Source: an uncultured SAR86 cluster bacterium (lineage in GTDB: Bacteria; Pseudomonadota; Gammaproteobacteria; Magnimaribacterales; D2472). Taken from it: a stretch of DNA of 64,000 nucleotides. The notes beneath the pieces were generated by a model, which saw nothing but the letters and a program-made list of their open reading frames with translations, made no database searches and was not told the origin of the DNA. Position numbers and translations under genes: made by a program. Positions 8,944 through 18,649 of the stretch are shown in pieces. The stretch is from positions 37,600 through 101,599 of the forward strand of contig CACBQK010000001.1 in assembly GCA_902541365.1 (NCBI GenBank). Reading direction: 5' to 3'. Each line of letters opens with the position of its first letter. Positions within the stretch are counted from its first letter, which is position 1.

Positions 8944-10896
8944 ATGAATAAAACTATCTTTTCAATCTTGCTACTCTTTTCTTTTTTTGGGTCTGCTGAA
9001 ATAGTTGATACTGGCCATGCCAGAATAAGCTTAATTAAAGATCACAGTGACTTTGTTCCGGGAACTTCTATAAACATTGGCTTAAAAGTTTCAATGGATA
9101 AGGGATGGCATACATATTGGAGAAATCCTGGAGATTCAGGAGGACCGATAGTGATTGACTGGGATTTGCCCAAAGGCTTCAGTGTAAGCGATATTAAATG
9201 GCCTCTTCCAGAAAAGATTGAGTACCCCCCTTTAATGACCTATGGGTACGAAGATTTTGTCATTTATCCAATGGTTTTATCAATTCCTGCTGATTATTCA
9301 GACGATTATTTTGAAATGGCTGCCGACATTCTTATTTGCGCAGACGTATGTATTCCTGAGTCAGGAAAAATATCATCAAACCTGTTTGATATTGAAAGTG
9401 ATTCATTGATATATGAATGGCTAGAGTCTATACCATCAAAGTCTCTGCCAATTATAACTTCTCTTAACGATAATAATTTGGAAATTAGGTTTACTTTTGA
9501 TAAAGAAATCAAAGAAATTTATTTCTTTCCTGATGAAAATAATTCTATAGATTATTCTTCAAAACAAAATTTTTATAAAAAGGATGATGATTACTTCCTT
9601 TCTATAAAACTTTTCAATGATGAGTTCCAAAATGTTTCTGGTGTATTGGATATAGATGGAACGGGCTATAACGTATCTAATGGTACGTTTGAGGATTTTA
9701 ATGAGGAAGGCCTTTCATTAATAAGTGCGTTGATATTTGCATTAATTGGCGGCTTAATTCTCAACTTAATGCCCTGTGTGTTCCCAGTAATTTCCCTAAA
9801 AGTACTGAGCTTTGTTTCGATGGGAGGTAGCTCACCAAGGAAAATTCGAAATCACGCTTTGGTTTTTACAGTTGGTGTTATTGCTTCCTTCATGATGATA
9901 GCTTTAACCATTGTTTTATTGAAACAGGCAGGGAATTTTGTTGGGTGGGGTTTCCAGCTTCAATCACCACTTATAGTTGGATTGCTAAGCCTGGTGATGG
10001 TCTTCATTTCATTGGTTCTAATAACTGATAACAGTTTTGGAGAATCCCTTACAAAGCTCGGCAATATTGGAGGCAGTGAAAACGGTTACTACTCTTCATT
10101 CCTAACAGGTGTATTAGCTGTAGTTGTTGCATCACCATGCACTGCCCCTTTCATGGGAGCTGCTCTTGGATATGCTCTAATTCAGCCCTCTGGGGAAACT
10201 GTTCCAATATTTTTATCATTGTCACTAGGATTTTCACTTCCCTACTTGCTTTTAGCAGCAAATCCTAAATTAATAGATTTCTTGCCTAAGCCAGGTGATT
10301 GGATGGTAACTCTAAAAGAGTTCTTTGCGTTTCCAATGCTAGCTACTGCATTATGGTTACTTTGGGTGTTTTCTCTTCAAGTTAATCAAATACTTGTAAT
10401 TTTCTTATTGATTGGTTGGCTTTTATTGGCATTAAACTTTTGGATCTTTCAAAAAGACTATAAAACAATAAATAAAGTTATATTTCTTGGTATATCAATC
10501 TTTAGCATGATTTATTTCCTTCCTGAAACTGAGGACATTGAAACTGAACAAAATCTAATCATTGGTTCTGCTACAGAATGGTATGAAGGAATTGAGGATG
10601 ATCTAAGAAATAAAAATCAACCTTACTTTATAAATTTTACAGCTGCTTGGTGCATAACTTGTCAAAGTAATGAAATCACAGCTTTTTCTAAAGATGGCTT
10701 TAAAAATCTTTTGGAAGAAAAAAATATCAAATATATTAAAGCCGACTGGACAAATAGAAATGATGCTATTACAAGATCTTTAAAAAAATATGGAAGATCT
10801 GGTGTGCCTTTCTATGTTTATTGGGAGCCTGGTTATGAAAATCCAAAAATTTTACCTGCTATCCTGACGGATCAAATCATTAAAAATAATCTCTAG
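8944..10896 (+). CDS. dsbD: Thiol:disulfide interchange protein, DsbD family (N-terminal periplasmic domain + CcdA-like TM core + C-terminal thioredoxin)
   Basis: 650 aa with a signal peptide and N-domain Cys pair (LICADVCIPE). The TM core has LNLMPCVFPV and ASPCTAPF, and the C-terminal thioredoxin fold has FTAAWCITCQ. Confidence 0.85.
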   Translation: MNKTIFSILLLFSFFGSAEIVDTGHARISLIKDHSDFVPGTSINIGLKVSMDKGWHTYWRNPGDSGGPIVIDWDLPKGFSVSDIKWPLPEKIEYPPLMTYGYEDFVIYPMVLSIPADYSDDYFEMAADILICADVCIPESGKISSNLFDIESDSLIYEWLESIPSKSLPIITSLNDNNLEIRFTFDKEIKEIYFFPDENNSIDYSSKQNFYKKDDDYFLSIKLFNDEFQNVSGVLDIDGTGYNVSNGTFEDFNEEGLSLISALIFALIGGLILNLMPCVFPVISLKVLSFVSMGGSSPRKIRNHALVFTVGVIASFMMIALTIVLLKQAGNFVGWGFQLQSPLIVGLLSLVMVFISLVLITDNSFGESLTKLGNIGGSENGYYSSFLTGVLAVVVASPCTAPFMGAALGYALIQPSGETVPIFLSLSLGFSLPYLLLAANPKLIDFLPKPGDWMVTLKEFFAFPMLATALWLLWVFSLQVNQILVIFLLIGWLLLALNFWIFQKDYKTINKVIFLGISIFSMIYFLPETEDIETEQNLIIGSATEWYEGIEDDLRNKNQPYFINFTAAWCITCQSNEITAFSKDGFKNLLEEKNIKYIKADWTNRNDAITRSLKKYGRSGVPFYVYWEPGYENPKILPAILTDQIIKNNL

Positions 10897-11465
10897 AATA
10901 TATACTTAGCCCATTCACTGTCTGGAAAAGTATTCTCATCTATTTTATGTCCATTCAGTAGATGTGAAAAACTTGGCTTAAATGGTTCTCTTATTGGCTT
11001 TTGTAAACTTGATCCCTTTGCAGAGTTGCATGATTTGCAGGAAGTAACAACATTTTCCCAGTTAGTAAGTCCATTTTTAGATTTAGGGATAACATGATCA
11101 AGAGTCAATTCGTTCCTAGAGAAGATATTTTGGCAATATTGGCATGTATACATATCCCTCAAGAAAACATTTGATCTTGAAAACTTTACATAATTATGGA
11201 ATTTGTGAAATCTCTTTAGCATAAGAATGCTTGGAAGCTCAATAGAAATTGATGGAGATCTTACATACTGATCATCATGAGCCTTAATTAAAATAACATT
11301 CCTTGCAAGTAAGAGTTTAACGGCAGTTTTCCAATTAATCACTGAAAGCGGAAAAAAGCTAACCGGCTTTCCGTTACCATTAAGAAGAAGACAATCTCGT
11401 GACAAATTTTTTCCTATGTAATTTAAGTTTAAAAATACTATAATTGTCCCTTGAAACCAATTCAA
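10893..11465 (-). CDS. HNH endonuclease family protein
   Basis: 190 aa with a C-terminal HNH/zinc module: CQYCQ...LTLDHVIPKSKNG...NWENVVTSCKSCNSAKG. Confidence 0.8.
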   Translation of the reverse strand: MNWFQGTIIVFLNLNYIGKNLSRDCLLLNGNGKPVSFFPLSVINWKTAVKLLLARNVILIKAHDDQYVRSPSISIELPSILMLKRFHKFHNYVKFSRSNVFLRDMYTCQYCQNIFSRNELTLDHVIPKSKNGLTNWENVVTSCKSCNSAKGSSLQKPIREPFKPSFSHLLNGHKIDENTFPDSEWAKYIF

Positions 11466-11493
11466 TACTTTTTATAAAAGTTTGGAGGAGAAT

Positions 11494-12195
11494 ATGGAAG
11501 GACCAGAATTTATTTTGTTTGGAACAACACATTTAGTAGGTCTTGCAGTTATTTTTGCTGTTATGATTGCCTTTCCAAAAATAACGAATAAGTATTTTTC
11601 AGATAAAAGAGAATTAATTGGTAGGATTATAGGTTATCTAGCAATCTTTCATACATTCTTTTCACCATACAGTGATCTTTATCTTGTTGTTGAGCCTTAC
11701 AGCTGGAAGGAAGTACTTCCATTCCATATGTGTGACTTTTCCTTAATCTTCATTGCAATTTATCTCCTTGGAGGAAATAAGTTCTTTTTTAATTGTGCAT
11801 TCTTTTGGGGAATTGCCGGGGCCTCTATGGCACTTCTTACTCCAGATATTCCTTATGGTTTCCCAAGTATGAATTTTCTAATGTTCTTCTATGGTCATGG
11901 ATTAATTCTATTTGGTGTTTTTTATGCAGTTATTGCCCTTAACCAAAGACCATATTTTAATGAAATGAATAGAGTTTTTGCATTTACATTGCTTTTGGCT
12001 ATCCCAATATACTTTATTAATATTATCCTTGGTGAGCCTGCTAACTTTTGGTATCTAGCCGATAAACCAGCTGGTGGAAGCATTATGGACTTTATGCCTG
12101 ATCCACCTATGCATATTGTATATACTCTTCCAATTGCTCTTGCAGCATTTTATTTGGTTTATTTACCTTATTTTATAAAAGATAGGGCAAAGTAG
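11494..12195 (+). CDS. Polytopic inner-membrane protein of unknown function (possibly TIGR02206/YwaF-like)
   Basis: About 233 aa with 6-7 predicted TM helices. The ATG at 11494 is preferred over the track's TTG at 11482 because GGAGGAG sits 5 nt upstream. The family guess is weak. Confidence 0.5.
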   Translation: MEGPEFILFGTTHLVGLAVIFAVMIAFPKITNKYFSDKRELIGRIIGYLAIFHTFFSPYSDLYLVVEPYSWKEVLPFHMCDFSLIFIAIYLLGGNKFFFNCAFFWGIAGASMALLTPDIPYGFPSMNFLMFFYGHGLILFGVFYAVIALNQRPYFNEMNRVFAFTLLLAIPIYFINIILGEPANFWYLADKPAGGSIMDFMPDPPMHIVYTLPIALAAFYLVYLPYFIKDRAK

Positions 12196-12198
12196 TAG

Positions 12199-13179
12199 TT
12201 GTTAGAGCTTAAAAAAGAGCTTGAAAAGATAATAGATTCCTTTTCAAGGATTTCTGAAATTGTTTACCAGACTCCTGTTCTCTCGAGTATGAGCATAAAC
12301 AAAGCTTTGAAAGCTGATATAACATTCAAAGCTGAGTGCCTTCAAGAAACAGGCTCGTTTAAATTAAGAGGAGCTTCTTCCGCTATATCAGCCCTCTCTG
12401 AAGAAGAAAAATCTAGAGGCGTAGTTGCGTTCTCATCCGGTAATCATGCCCAAGGGATTGCATATGCATCAAGGGAGCTTGGAACTAGCGCAAAGATAGT
12501 TATGCCTTCTGATGCACCAAAAATAAAAATACGTAAGACGCAGGAATATGGTGCTGAGGTAATCTTTTATGATAGAGATGAAGACAACAGAGAGGAGATT
12601 GGATTTAGTATTGCCATGAAAGAGGGAAGAAAACTTATTAAACCCTTCGATGATTTAAATGTAATTTATGGTCAAGGGACTGCAGCTTTGGAAGTAATGA
12701 ATGAAGTCGATACAAAATTTGATATGTCAGTTGTTTGTTGCAGTGGTGGAGGTTTAGCTGCGGGTACAGGAATTGTTCTAAAAAATAGCTTGAGTGATTG
12801 TCAACTTTTTACTGCTGAGCCAAAAGACTGGAATGATCACGAAAAATCATTCTTGCAAAATAATATAGTCTCAATTAAAACTAAAAAACATGGCATATGT
12901 GATGCGCTTGAAAACCCACAACCAGGTGAAATTACTTTTAGAATAAATTCTGCTTTAAATACAAAGGGTCTTTCAGCAAATGATAAATATATTATTGAGG
13001 CTATGAAGATTCTTTATGACGAATTTGATCTAATCGTTGAGCCCAGTGGAGCCATTGGCCTGGCATGCATACTTCAAAATAAAGAGATTTGTCAAAATAA
13101 AAAAGTTTTCACAATTCTGTCAGGTGGAAATATAGATGCAAATAGATACAATGAGCTTTTAGGTATCGATAATGGATAA
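12199..13179 (+). CDS. PLP-dependent threonine/serine ammonia-lyase family enzyme (short form without ACT regulatory domain; serine-racemase/threo-3-hydroxyaspartate-lyase-like)
   Basis: 326 aa with PLP-lysine motif ETGSFKLRGA, SSGNHAQG and a phosphate loop CCSGGGLAAG. It needs the TTG start at 12199, because the first ATG would delete a conserved region. Confidence 0.85.
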   Translation: MLELKKELEKIIDSFSRISEIVYQTPVLSSMSINKALKADITFKAECLQETGSFKLRGASSAISALSEEEKSRGVVAFSSGNHAQGIAYASRELGTSAKIVMPSDAPKIKIRKTQEYGAEVIFYDRDEDNREEIGFSIAMKEGRKLIKPFDDLNVIYGQGTAALEVMNEVDTKFDMSVVCCSGGGLAAGTGIVLKNSLSDCQLFTAEPKDWNDHEKSFLQNNIVSIKTKKHGICDALENPQPGEITFRINSALNTKGLSANDKYIIEAMKILYDEFDLIVEPSGAIGLACILQNKEICQNKKVFTILSGGNIDANRYNELLGIDNG

Positions 13180-14266
13180 CTTTTTAGCAATCTTAAATGA
13201 GGTTTGGGTAAATGGTCTTCTTGGCGTGAGTATGACCAAAATTATTTTTTCGATTGCCGTCCTGTTGCTATCTTTCCTTCTTAGAGGCTTTGTAGTTACA
13301 GTTGTTGTGTCATCTATTGAGAGACTTGCAAAAAGCACAGAGTCTTCACTGGATGATGAGATTCTAAAAGCAGTTAAAAAGCCCTTAAGCTATGTTCCTG
13401 TTACTATCGGAGTATACGTAGTAACAATGATCTTACCTCTTGAGGGTGTTGCCGGCGATATATCTTCAAATATTGTTAAAGCTCTAATTATTTTTACAAT
13501 TTTTTCTGCATTAGCAAATTCAATACATCCTGTTTTTACTGCCATGTCGTCTACTTCTTGGTTGACGGAGTCAATGCAAATATGGCTTGAAAGATCTTCA
13601 AGAGTAATAATTTGGATTATTGGTATTGCCATAATTCTTGAACTTTTTGGAATCCAAATTGGGCCTCTAGTAGCTGGTTTGGGTTTATTCTCAGTGGCAG
13701 TTGCACTTGGCGCTCAAGATTTCTTCAAGAACTTGATTTCAGGGATCTTAATAATTGGAGAGAATAGATTCCAGCCTGGAGATAGAATTGAAGTTCCAGG
13801 ACAACTTCATGGAATTGTCGATACTATTGGTTTTCGTTCAACAATTATTAAAACTTTTGATACAGCACCGATGATAATTCCAAACAAAGATTTATCTGAT
13901 ATGCGACTGATTAATCATGGCAATATGGAATATCGAAGAATTAATTGGGTAATTAATTTAATTTATTCAACTTCTCTAGAGGATCTAGAAGAAATTTGTA
14001 ACCAAATTTCGAAACATATTAATGAGTCTGATGACTTTGTAGATAACCCTAATCAAGAACATCTTGTAACAATCAATGAGCTTGGTGCAAGCTCAATAGA
14101 TGTTGGAATACTCTGCTATTCTAATGTATGTGGCTTTTCTGAATTTAAAAAGATTAAACATAGGTTTATTAAAAATATAATTAAAATTGTCGAATCAAAT
14201 AATTCGGAATTCGCGTATCCAACTTCATCAATTTTTGTAGAGTCTCTGCCCAAGAATAGTGAATGA
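13172..14266 (+). CDS. Mechanosensitive ion channel, MscS family
   Basis: 364 aa with N-terminal TM helices. The MscS pore/beta-domain signature is present (GLFSVAVALGAQDFFKNLISGILIIGENRFQPGDRIEV). Confidence 0.85.
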   Translation: MDNFLAILNEVWVNGLLGVSMTKIIFSIAVLLLSFLLRGFVVTVVVSSIERLAKSTESSLDDEILKAVKKPLSYVPVTIGVYVVTMILPLEGVAGDISSNIVKALIIFTIFSALANSIHPVFTAMSSTSWLTESMQIWLERSSRVIIWIIGIAIILELFGIQIGPLVAGLGLFSVAVALGAQDFFKNLISGILIIGENRFQPGDRIEVPGQLHGIVDTIGFRSTIIKTFDTAPMIIPNKDLSDMRLINHGNMEYRRINWVINLIYSTSLEDLEEICNQISKHINESDDFVDNPNQEHLVTINELGASSIDVGILCYSNVCGFSEFKKIKHRFIKNIIKIVESNNSEFAYPTSSIFVESLPKNSE

Positions 14267-16022
14267 TCAATTAATTTTGTCCATTGTAATTATTGGACTT
14301 TTAGTTTTTTTTATTTCAGGTAAGTATAGATATGATTATGTATCTCTAGGTGCATTAGCCCTTCTTATACTTTTTGATATCATAAAAATTGAGAATGCCT
14401 TCATTGGTTTTTCTCATCCAGCGGTTGTAACTGTTGCTTTAGTTTTACTTATAAGCAAAGGCCTTCAGGATGCTGGCTTATCAGCTGTAACTGGAAACAT
14501 TATTGGAAGATTTTCTCCAAGTGAGACACAGTTCTTATTTCTAATAATGTTCATTGCAGCTATTCTTTCTTCATTCATTAACAATATTGGCGCAATGGCA
14601 CTTCTACTTCCAATAACTCTATCGACATGTCAAAAAATGGGATGGCATGCTGGAAAATTTCTCATGCCTCTTGCGTTTGCTTCAATTTTAGGAGGAATGA
14701 ATACACTCATTGGGACTCCTCCAAATATTATTATTGCTGAATTTAAAGAATTCTATACTGGGGAAGCATTTAATTTCTTTGATTTCTCTTATGTAGGATT
14801 ACTTGTAAGCTTTTTAAGCATAATTTTTATTGGATTGATAAGTAGCAAACTCGTTGCAAAAAGAAAACTTGCAAAAACAAATAATCTTATAGATCTTGAT
14901 AACTTCTTATTTGAGCTAGTTGTTCCAGAAGGGAGTAAAGCAATTGGACTAACATTTTCAAGTTTTATTAAAAAAGCAGGAAATGAAACTGAAATTCTTG
15001 GTCTTGTTAATGAAAATGGAGCTGTATCTAAAGTCGGAAATAATTCAAAGATAAGAGCTAATCAGCACTTAGTAATGAAAGTTTCTCCTAATCATGTCTC
15101 ATCCATTCAAGATAGATTTGGTTTAAATATTGCTGAAAGTTCTCATTATCTTAAAGAGGAGTTAATTGATGAAATAGAGGTAGTTATTACTCCTGGATCA
15201 AGGCTTGTTGGTAGAAAGCAAAATTATTTGATGAAACTTGCTTATGAAGAGTTATTTTTACTTGGTATGTGGAGAAAAGGTGCCAGATTCAGAACTAGGC
15301 TATCTAAGCAGATGTTTAAAATAGGAGATGTTTTGCTTTTAGGTGTCAGAAATACAGACAAGGAAGATGTTACTGCAAAAATAAACCATCTCGGTCTAAT
15401 GCCAATTAGATCTCGTGAGATATCTACTCTTCCTAGTAGAAGTAGATTTTTAAAGGCAGTAATCTTCTTTACGACTGCTATATTGCTTGCTGCCTTCAAT
15501 GTAATTAATGTTCTTACTGCATTCCTTTTATGCGTGTTAGGATTTGTAGGGATCAAAATACTTAAAAGTAACCTTTACAGGCATATTGAATGGCCAATTG
15601 TTATCATGCTTGCAGCAATGATCCCAATTGGTCAAGCTTTGGAGTCAACAGGTATCACTGCTCTAATTGCAACTGAGGTTGTTTCTTTTGCAGGTGATCT
15701 TCATATCTTTTGGATCTTAATGATTATTCTAATAATTACAATGTTGATAACTGATGTAATTAATAATGCCGCAACGGCAGTAATAATGGCTCCTTTCTCC
15801 GTAAATATCGCCCTTCAATTAGGACAGCCTTTAGAGCCATTTCTCATGGTAGTTGCAGTTGGAGCAAGTTGCGCTTTTTTAACACCCATCGGTCATCAAT
15901 GTAATACTTTGGTAATGGGTCCAGGTAATTACAAGTTTTCTGACTACTGGAGGCTTGGGTTACCATTAGATATTCTTATAGTCTTAGCTTCAATACCAAT
16001 GATACTATTTGTATGGCTTTAA
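14259..16022 (+). CDS. SLC13/DASS-type anion permease with central TrkA-C domains
   Basis: 587 aa with two multi-TM halves flanking a soluble insert of about 200 aa (two RCK_C-like repeats). Conserved NNIGAMALLLP / NNAATAVIMAP hairpin motifs are present. Confidence 0.8.
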   Translation: MNDQLILSIVIIGLLVFFISGKYRYDYVSLGALALLILFDIIKIENAFIGFSHPAVVTVALVLLISKGLQDAGLSAVTGNIIGRFSPSETQFLFLIMFIAAILSSFINNIGAMALLLPITLSTCQKMGWHAGKFLMPLAFASILGGMNTLIGTPPNIIIAEFKEFYTGEAFNFFDFSYVGLLVSFLSIIFIGLISSKLVAKRKLAKTNNLIDLDNFLFELVVPEGSKAIGLTFSSFIKKAGNETEILGLVNENGAVSKVGNNSKIRANQHLVMKVSPNHVSSIQDRFGLNIAESSHYLKEELIDEIEVVITPGSRLVGRKQNYLMKLAYEELFLLGMWRKGARFRTRLSKQMFKIGDVLLLGVRNTDKEDVTAKINHLGLMPIRSREISTLPSRSRFLKAVIFFTTAILLAAFNVINVLTAFLLCVLGFVGIKILKSNLYRHIEWPIVIMLAAMIPIGQALESTGITALIATEVVSFAGDLHIFWILMIILIITMLITDVINNAATAVIMAPFSVNIALQLGQPLEPFLMVVAVGASCAFLTPIGHQCNTLVMGPGNYKFSDYWRLGLPLDILIVLASIPMILFVWL

Positions 16023-17207
16023 TTAAGAAGATAATTCGTCAATAGCATCTAAAACAAGACTGTAGTTTTCATAAAATTCTTTTGAAGCTCCATCTCTATC
16101 CGTATTAGGTGTAATAACTGTAACTTCTCTTCCCTCTTTTGCCTCGATTGATATAAAACCCCATTTTTCAAGCTTTTGATAAAACCAAATCAAAAATTCA
16201 ACATTATTAAGTGCGCTTAACCATGATAGATTTCCCCATTTTTGGACAGACCCTTCAGAAGGCTTATATCTGGTTATTCTTACAAAAACAATATCATTCT
16301 TGGGGTCGACAAAAATGTACTGACCAAATCTACCACTAGCATTGAAAATCTTTGATTCATCTGTGTATCTTGATACCCACCAATGCAATGAATAGCCCCT
16401 CTTCTCGTCAGTCCACCAATTAGGCGTATCCCAAACATATTGGAAGGTTTCATCAATTAATTCTTTAGAAATGATCTGCTCGCCTTTCCAGCTGCCTCCA
16501 TTGGAGAATAATTGGCCAAACTTAGCATAATCTCTAGCTGACATATCAATACAACAGTAAGTTAAAACATTCTGCGCTTCATCTCGCCAAAGAGTCTTTT
16601 GCTCAACGCCAATCTTATTTAAAATTCTTTCTTCTAAGAGGATATCAGCTTTCTTTCCTGTAGCAGCTTCAAGTATTTCACCCAAGAGCATGGAATTGAC
16701 ATTGTTATATTCGAACAAAGTATCTGGCTCTTTTTCTAATCTTATATTTCTTGAATATTCAAGATGATCTTTTCTAAAGAACATAGTTTCATGTTGATGA
16801 TCTGGATATTGCAACCCGCTAGACATGTTTAAAAGCTGTCTAATTGTAATAACAGATCTCTCATCATCGAAAAAAAGTAAGTAATTTGAAGCTTTTTCGT
16901 CAAGACTTTTTATTTCACCCCTGTCAATAGAAATTAAGATTAAAGCTGCGTAAAAACTCTTTGCCATTGACCAAGAAGTACCATATGAATCTTTATTGAA
17001 ACCATCCGCATACCTTTCTCCAATAAGATAGCCATTTTTAAGGAGTGCTACAGATTGAGTAGATTCATCCTCGAAAGATAAATTAAATAAATTATCTACA
17101 TCTAATTGACTAACACCCAGCTCATCTGGATCTTTTATTTCTAGGTTTTCAGCACTAAGATTAAAACTGATAAATAAACCGAATAAAAATAAAGATTTCA
17201 AAAACAT
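16023..17207 (-). CDS. Serine hydrolase, beta-lactamase/esterase (class C-like) family, secreted
   Basis: Start placed at MFLKSLFLFGLFISFNLSA (ATG at 17207, SD AAGGAAGG upstream). An S-x-x-K motif is present (GTSWSMAKSF). The track's longer ORF (to 17270) runs through the tRNA-Val gene. Confidence 0.8.
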   Translation of the reverse strand: MFLKSLFLFGLFISFNLSAENLEIKDPDELGVSQLDVDNLFNLSFEDESTQSVALLKNGYLIGERYADGFNKDSYGTSWSMAKSFYAALILISIDRGEIKSLDEKASNYLLFFDDERSVITIRQLLNMSSGLQYPDHQHETMFFRKDHLEYSRNIRLEKEPDTLFEYNNVNSMLLGEILEAATGKKADILLEERILNKIGVEQKTLWRDEAQNVLTYCCIDMSARDYAKFGQLFSNGGSWKGEQIISKELIDETFQYVWDTPNWWTDEKRGYSLHWWVSRYTDESKIFNASGRFGQYIFVDPKNDIVFVRITRYKPSEGSVQKWGNLSWLSALNNVEFLIWFYQKLEKWGFISIEAKEGREVTVITPNTDRDGASKEFYENYSLVLDAIDELSS

Positions 17208-17225
17208 AAAAATACCTTCCTTAAG

Positions 17226-17303
17226 TGGTGACTCTGGCTGGACTTGAACCAGCGACCTCTTGCATGTCAAGCAAGCACTCTAACCAAACTGAGCTACAGA
17301 GTC
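17226..17303 (-). tRNA. tRNA-Val (anticodon GAC)
   Basis: GACTCTGTAGCTCAGTTTGGTTAGAGTGCTTGCTTGACATGCAAGAGGTCGCTGGTTCAAGTCCAGCCAGAGTCACCA. It folds as a cloverleaf by hand: 7-bp acceptor stem, anticodon loop TTGACAT, T-loop TTCAAGT and an encoded CCA. Confidence 0.9.
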
Positions 17304-17312
17304 TGAAATAAA

Positions 17313-18545
17313 TTATTTACTTATATACTTACCTAACTCGTACCTGGCAACTGCTCTTCTGTGAACTTCATCTGGCCCATCAGCAAGCCTTAAAGTTCTC
17401 ATATGAGCAAACATAGATGCTAAGGGTGTTAACTGCGAAACTCCCTCACCGCCATGTATTTGAATTGCTCTATCAATTATATCCAAAACAATGTTTGGAA
17501 CCATAACTTTAATCTGTGCGATCTCACTTGCAGCAACCTTATTTCCAACCGTATCCATTTTGTGAGCAGCATCAAGTGTTAGAAGTCTAGCTGCATTGAG
17601 TTCAATTCTAGAGTCAGCAATATGATCAAAATTTCCACCAAGTTGAGCCAAGGGTTTGCCAAATGCATTTTTATTTGGGTCTATTCCTCGTGTACACATT
17701 AATTCAAGAGCTCTCTCACCTACACCAATAGCTCTCATACAATGATGAATTCTTCCAGGCCCCAATCTTCCTTGTGCAATTTCAAACCCCCTTCCCTCAC
17801 CGAGAAGTAAATTATCTTTTGGAACTCTGACATTATTGAATTTAATATGCGCATGGCCATGAGGAGCATCATCATAGCCAAATACATGCATCATTTTTTG
17901 GACTTCTAAACCATCTGCATCCATTGGAACTAAGATCATAGAATGCCTTTGATGTTTTGCATTATCTGGATTTGTGACACCCATAAATATCATAATTTTA
18001 CATCTTGGATCTCCTGCACCTGAGGTCCACCATTTTTCTCCATTAATTACATATTCATCACCATCTAAAACAGCGGTTGCCTGCATATTTGTTGCATCGG
18101 ACGATGCAACACCAGGCTCTGTCATACCAAAACACGATCTTATTTCACCATCGAGTAAGGGCTTTAGCCATTCCTCTTGATGTTTATCATTACCATATCT
18201 TGCTATTACTTCCATGTTACCAGTATCAGGAGCTGAGCAATTAAAAACCTCTGAACCCATACTATATTTTCCCATTTGCTCGGCAAGATGAGCATATTCA
18301 TAATTTGTAAGTCCTGCTCCAAATTCACTTTCTGGAAGAAATAGATTCCAAAGACCTTGAGATTTTGCTTTGTCTTTTAACTCTTCAACAATCTCTGGGA
18401 AATAATTCCATCTGTCTTCGTCAGTTTTAATTTGTTCATGAAATTTAGCTTCATTAGGAGCAACCTCATTTTCAAGAAAATTAGATACTCTTTCTAATAA
18501 ATCTTGGGCTTCAGGTCTAAGATTCATACTCATTTTTATCCCCAC
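17313..18545 (-). CDS. Acyl-CoA dehydrogenase (ACAD10/11 / FadE2-like subfamily)
   Basis: 410 aa with [22 protein letters not shown] and QIHGGEGVS. The subfamily-typical C-terminus [15 protein letters not shown] is present. Confidence 0.9.
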   Translation of the reverse strand: MGIKMSMNLRPEAQDLLERVSNFLENEVAPNEAKFHEQIKTDEDRWNYFPEIVEELKDKAKSQGLWNLFLPESEFGAGLTNYEYAHLAEQMGKYSMGSEVFNCSAPDTGNMEVIARYGNDKHQEEWLKPLLDGEIRSCFGMTEPGVASSDATNMQATAVLDGDEYVINGEKWWTSGAGDPRCKIMIFMGVTNPDNAKHQRHSMILVPMDADGLEVQKMMHVFGYDDAPHGHAHIKFNNVRVPKDNLLLGEGRGFEIAQGRLGPGRIHHCMRAIGVGERALELMCTRGIDPNKNAFGKPLAQLGGNFDHIADSRIELNAARLLTLDAAHKMDTVGNKVAASEIAQIKVMVPNIVLDIIDRAIQIHGGEGVSQLTPLASMFAHMRTLRLADGPDEVHRRAVARYELGKYISK

Positions 18546-18558
18546 TATGGTTTGACTT

Positions 18559-18579
18559 ACAGTACATTATAAATACTGT
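18559..18579. promoter_or_regulatory. Candidate LysR-type regulator box (ACAGTA-N9-TACTGT, contains T-N11-A)
   Basis: Interrupted dyad in the 104-bp divergent region between the acyl-CoA dehydrogenase gene and the LysR gene. Confidence 0.3.
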
Positions 18580-18597
18580 GAATATTACAAATATATT

Positions 18598-18611
18598 GTT
18601 ATCATGATAAC
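18598..18611. promoter_or_regulatory. 14-bp perfect palindrome GTTATCATGATAAC, candidate operator
   Basis: Perfect palindrome about 40 bp upstream of the LysR ATG, in the divergent promoter region. Confidence 0.25.
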
Positions 18612-18649
18612 TTTAAGTAGAAAGCAAATCTATACATGTCTCGCAAAAT

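Noticed and set aside
17208-17270. N-terminal extension of the serine-hydrolase ORF (MTCKRSLVQVQPESPLKEGIF)
   Set aside because: The extension is the reverse-strand reading of the tRNA-Val gene itself. A proper signal peptide and SD occur at the internal ATG (17207).
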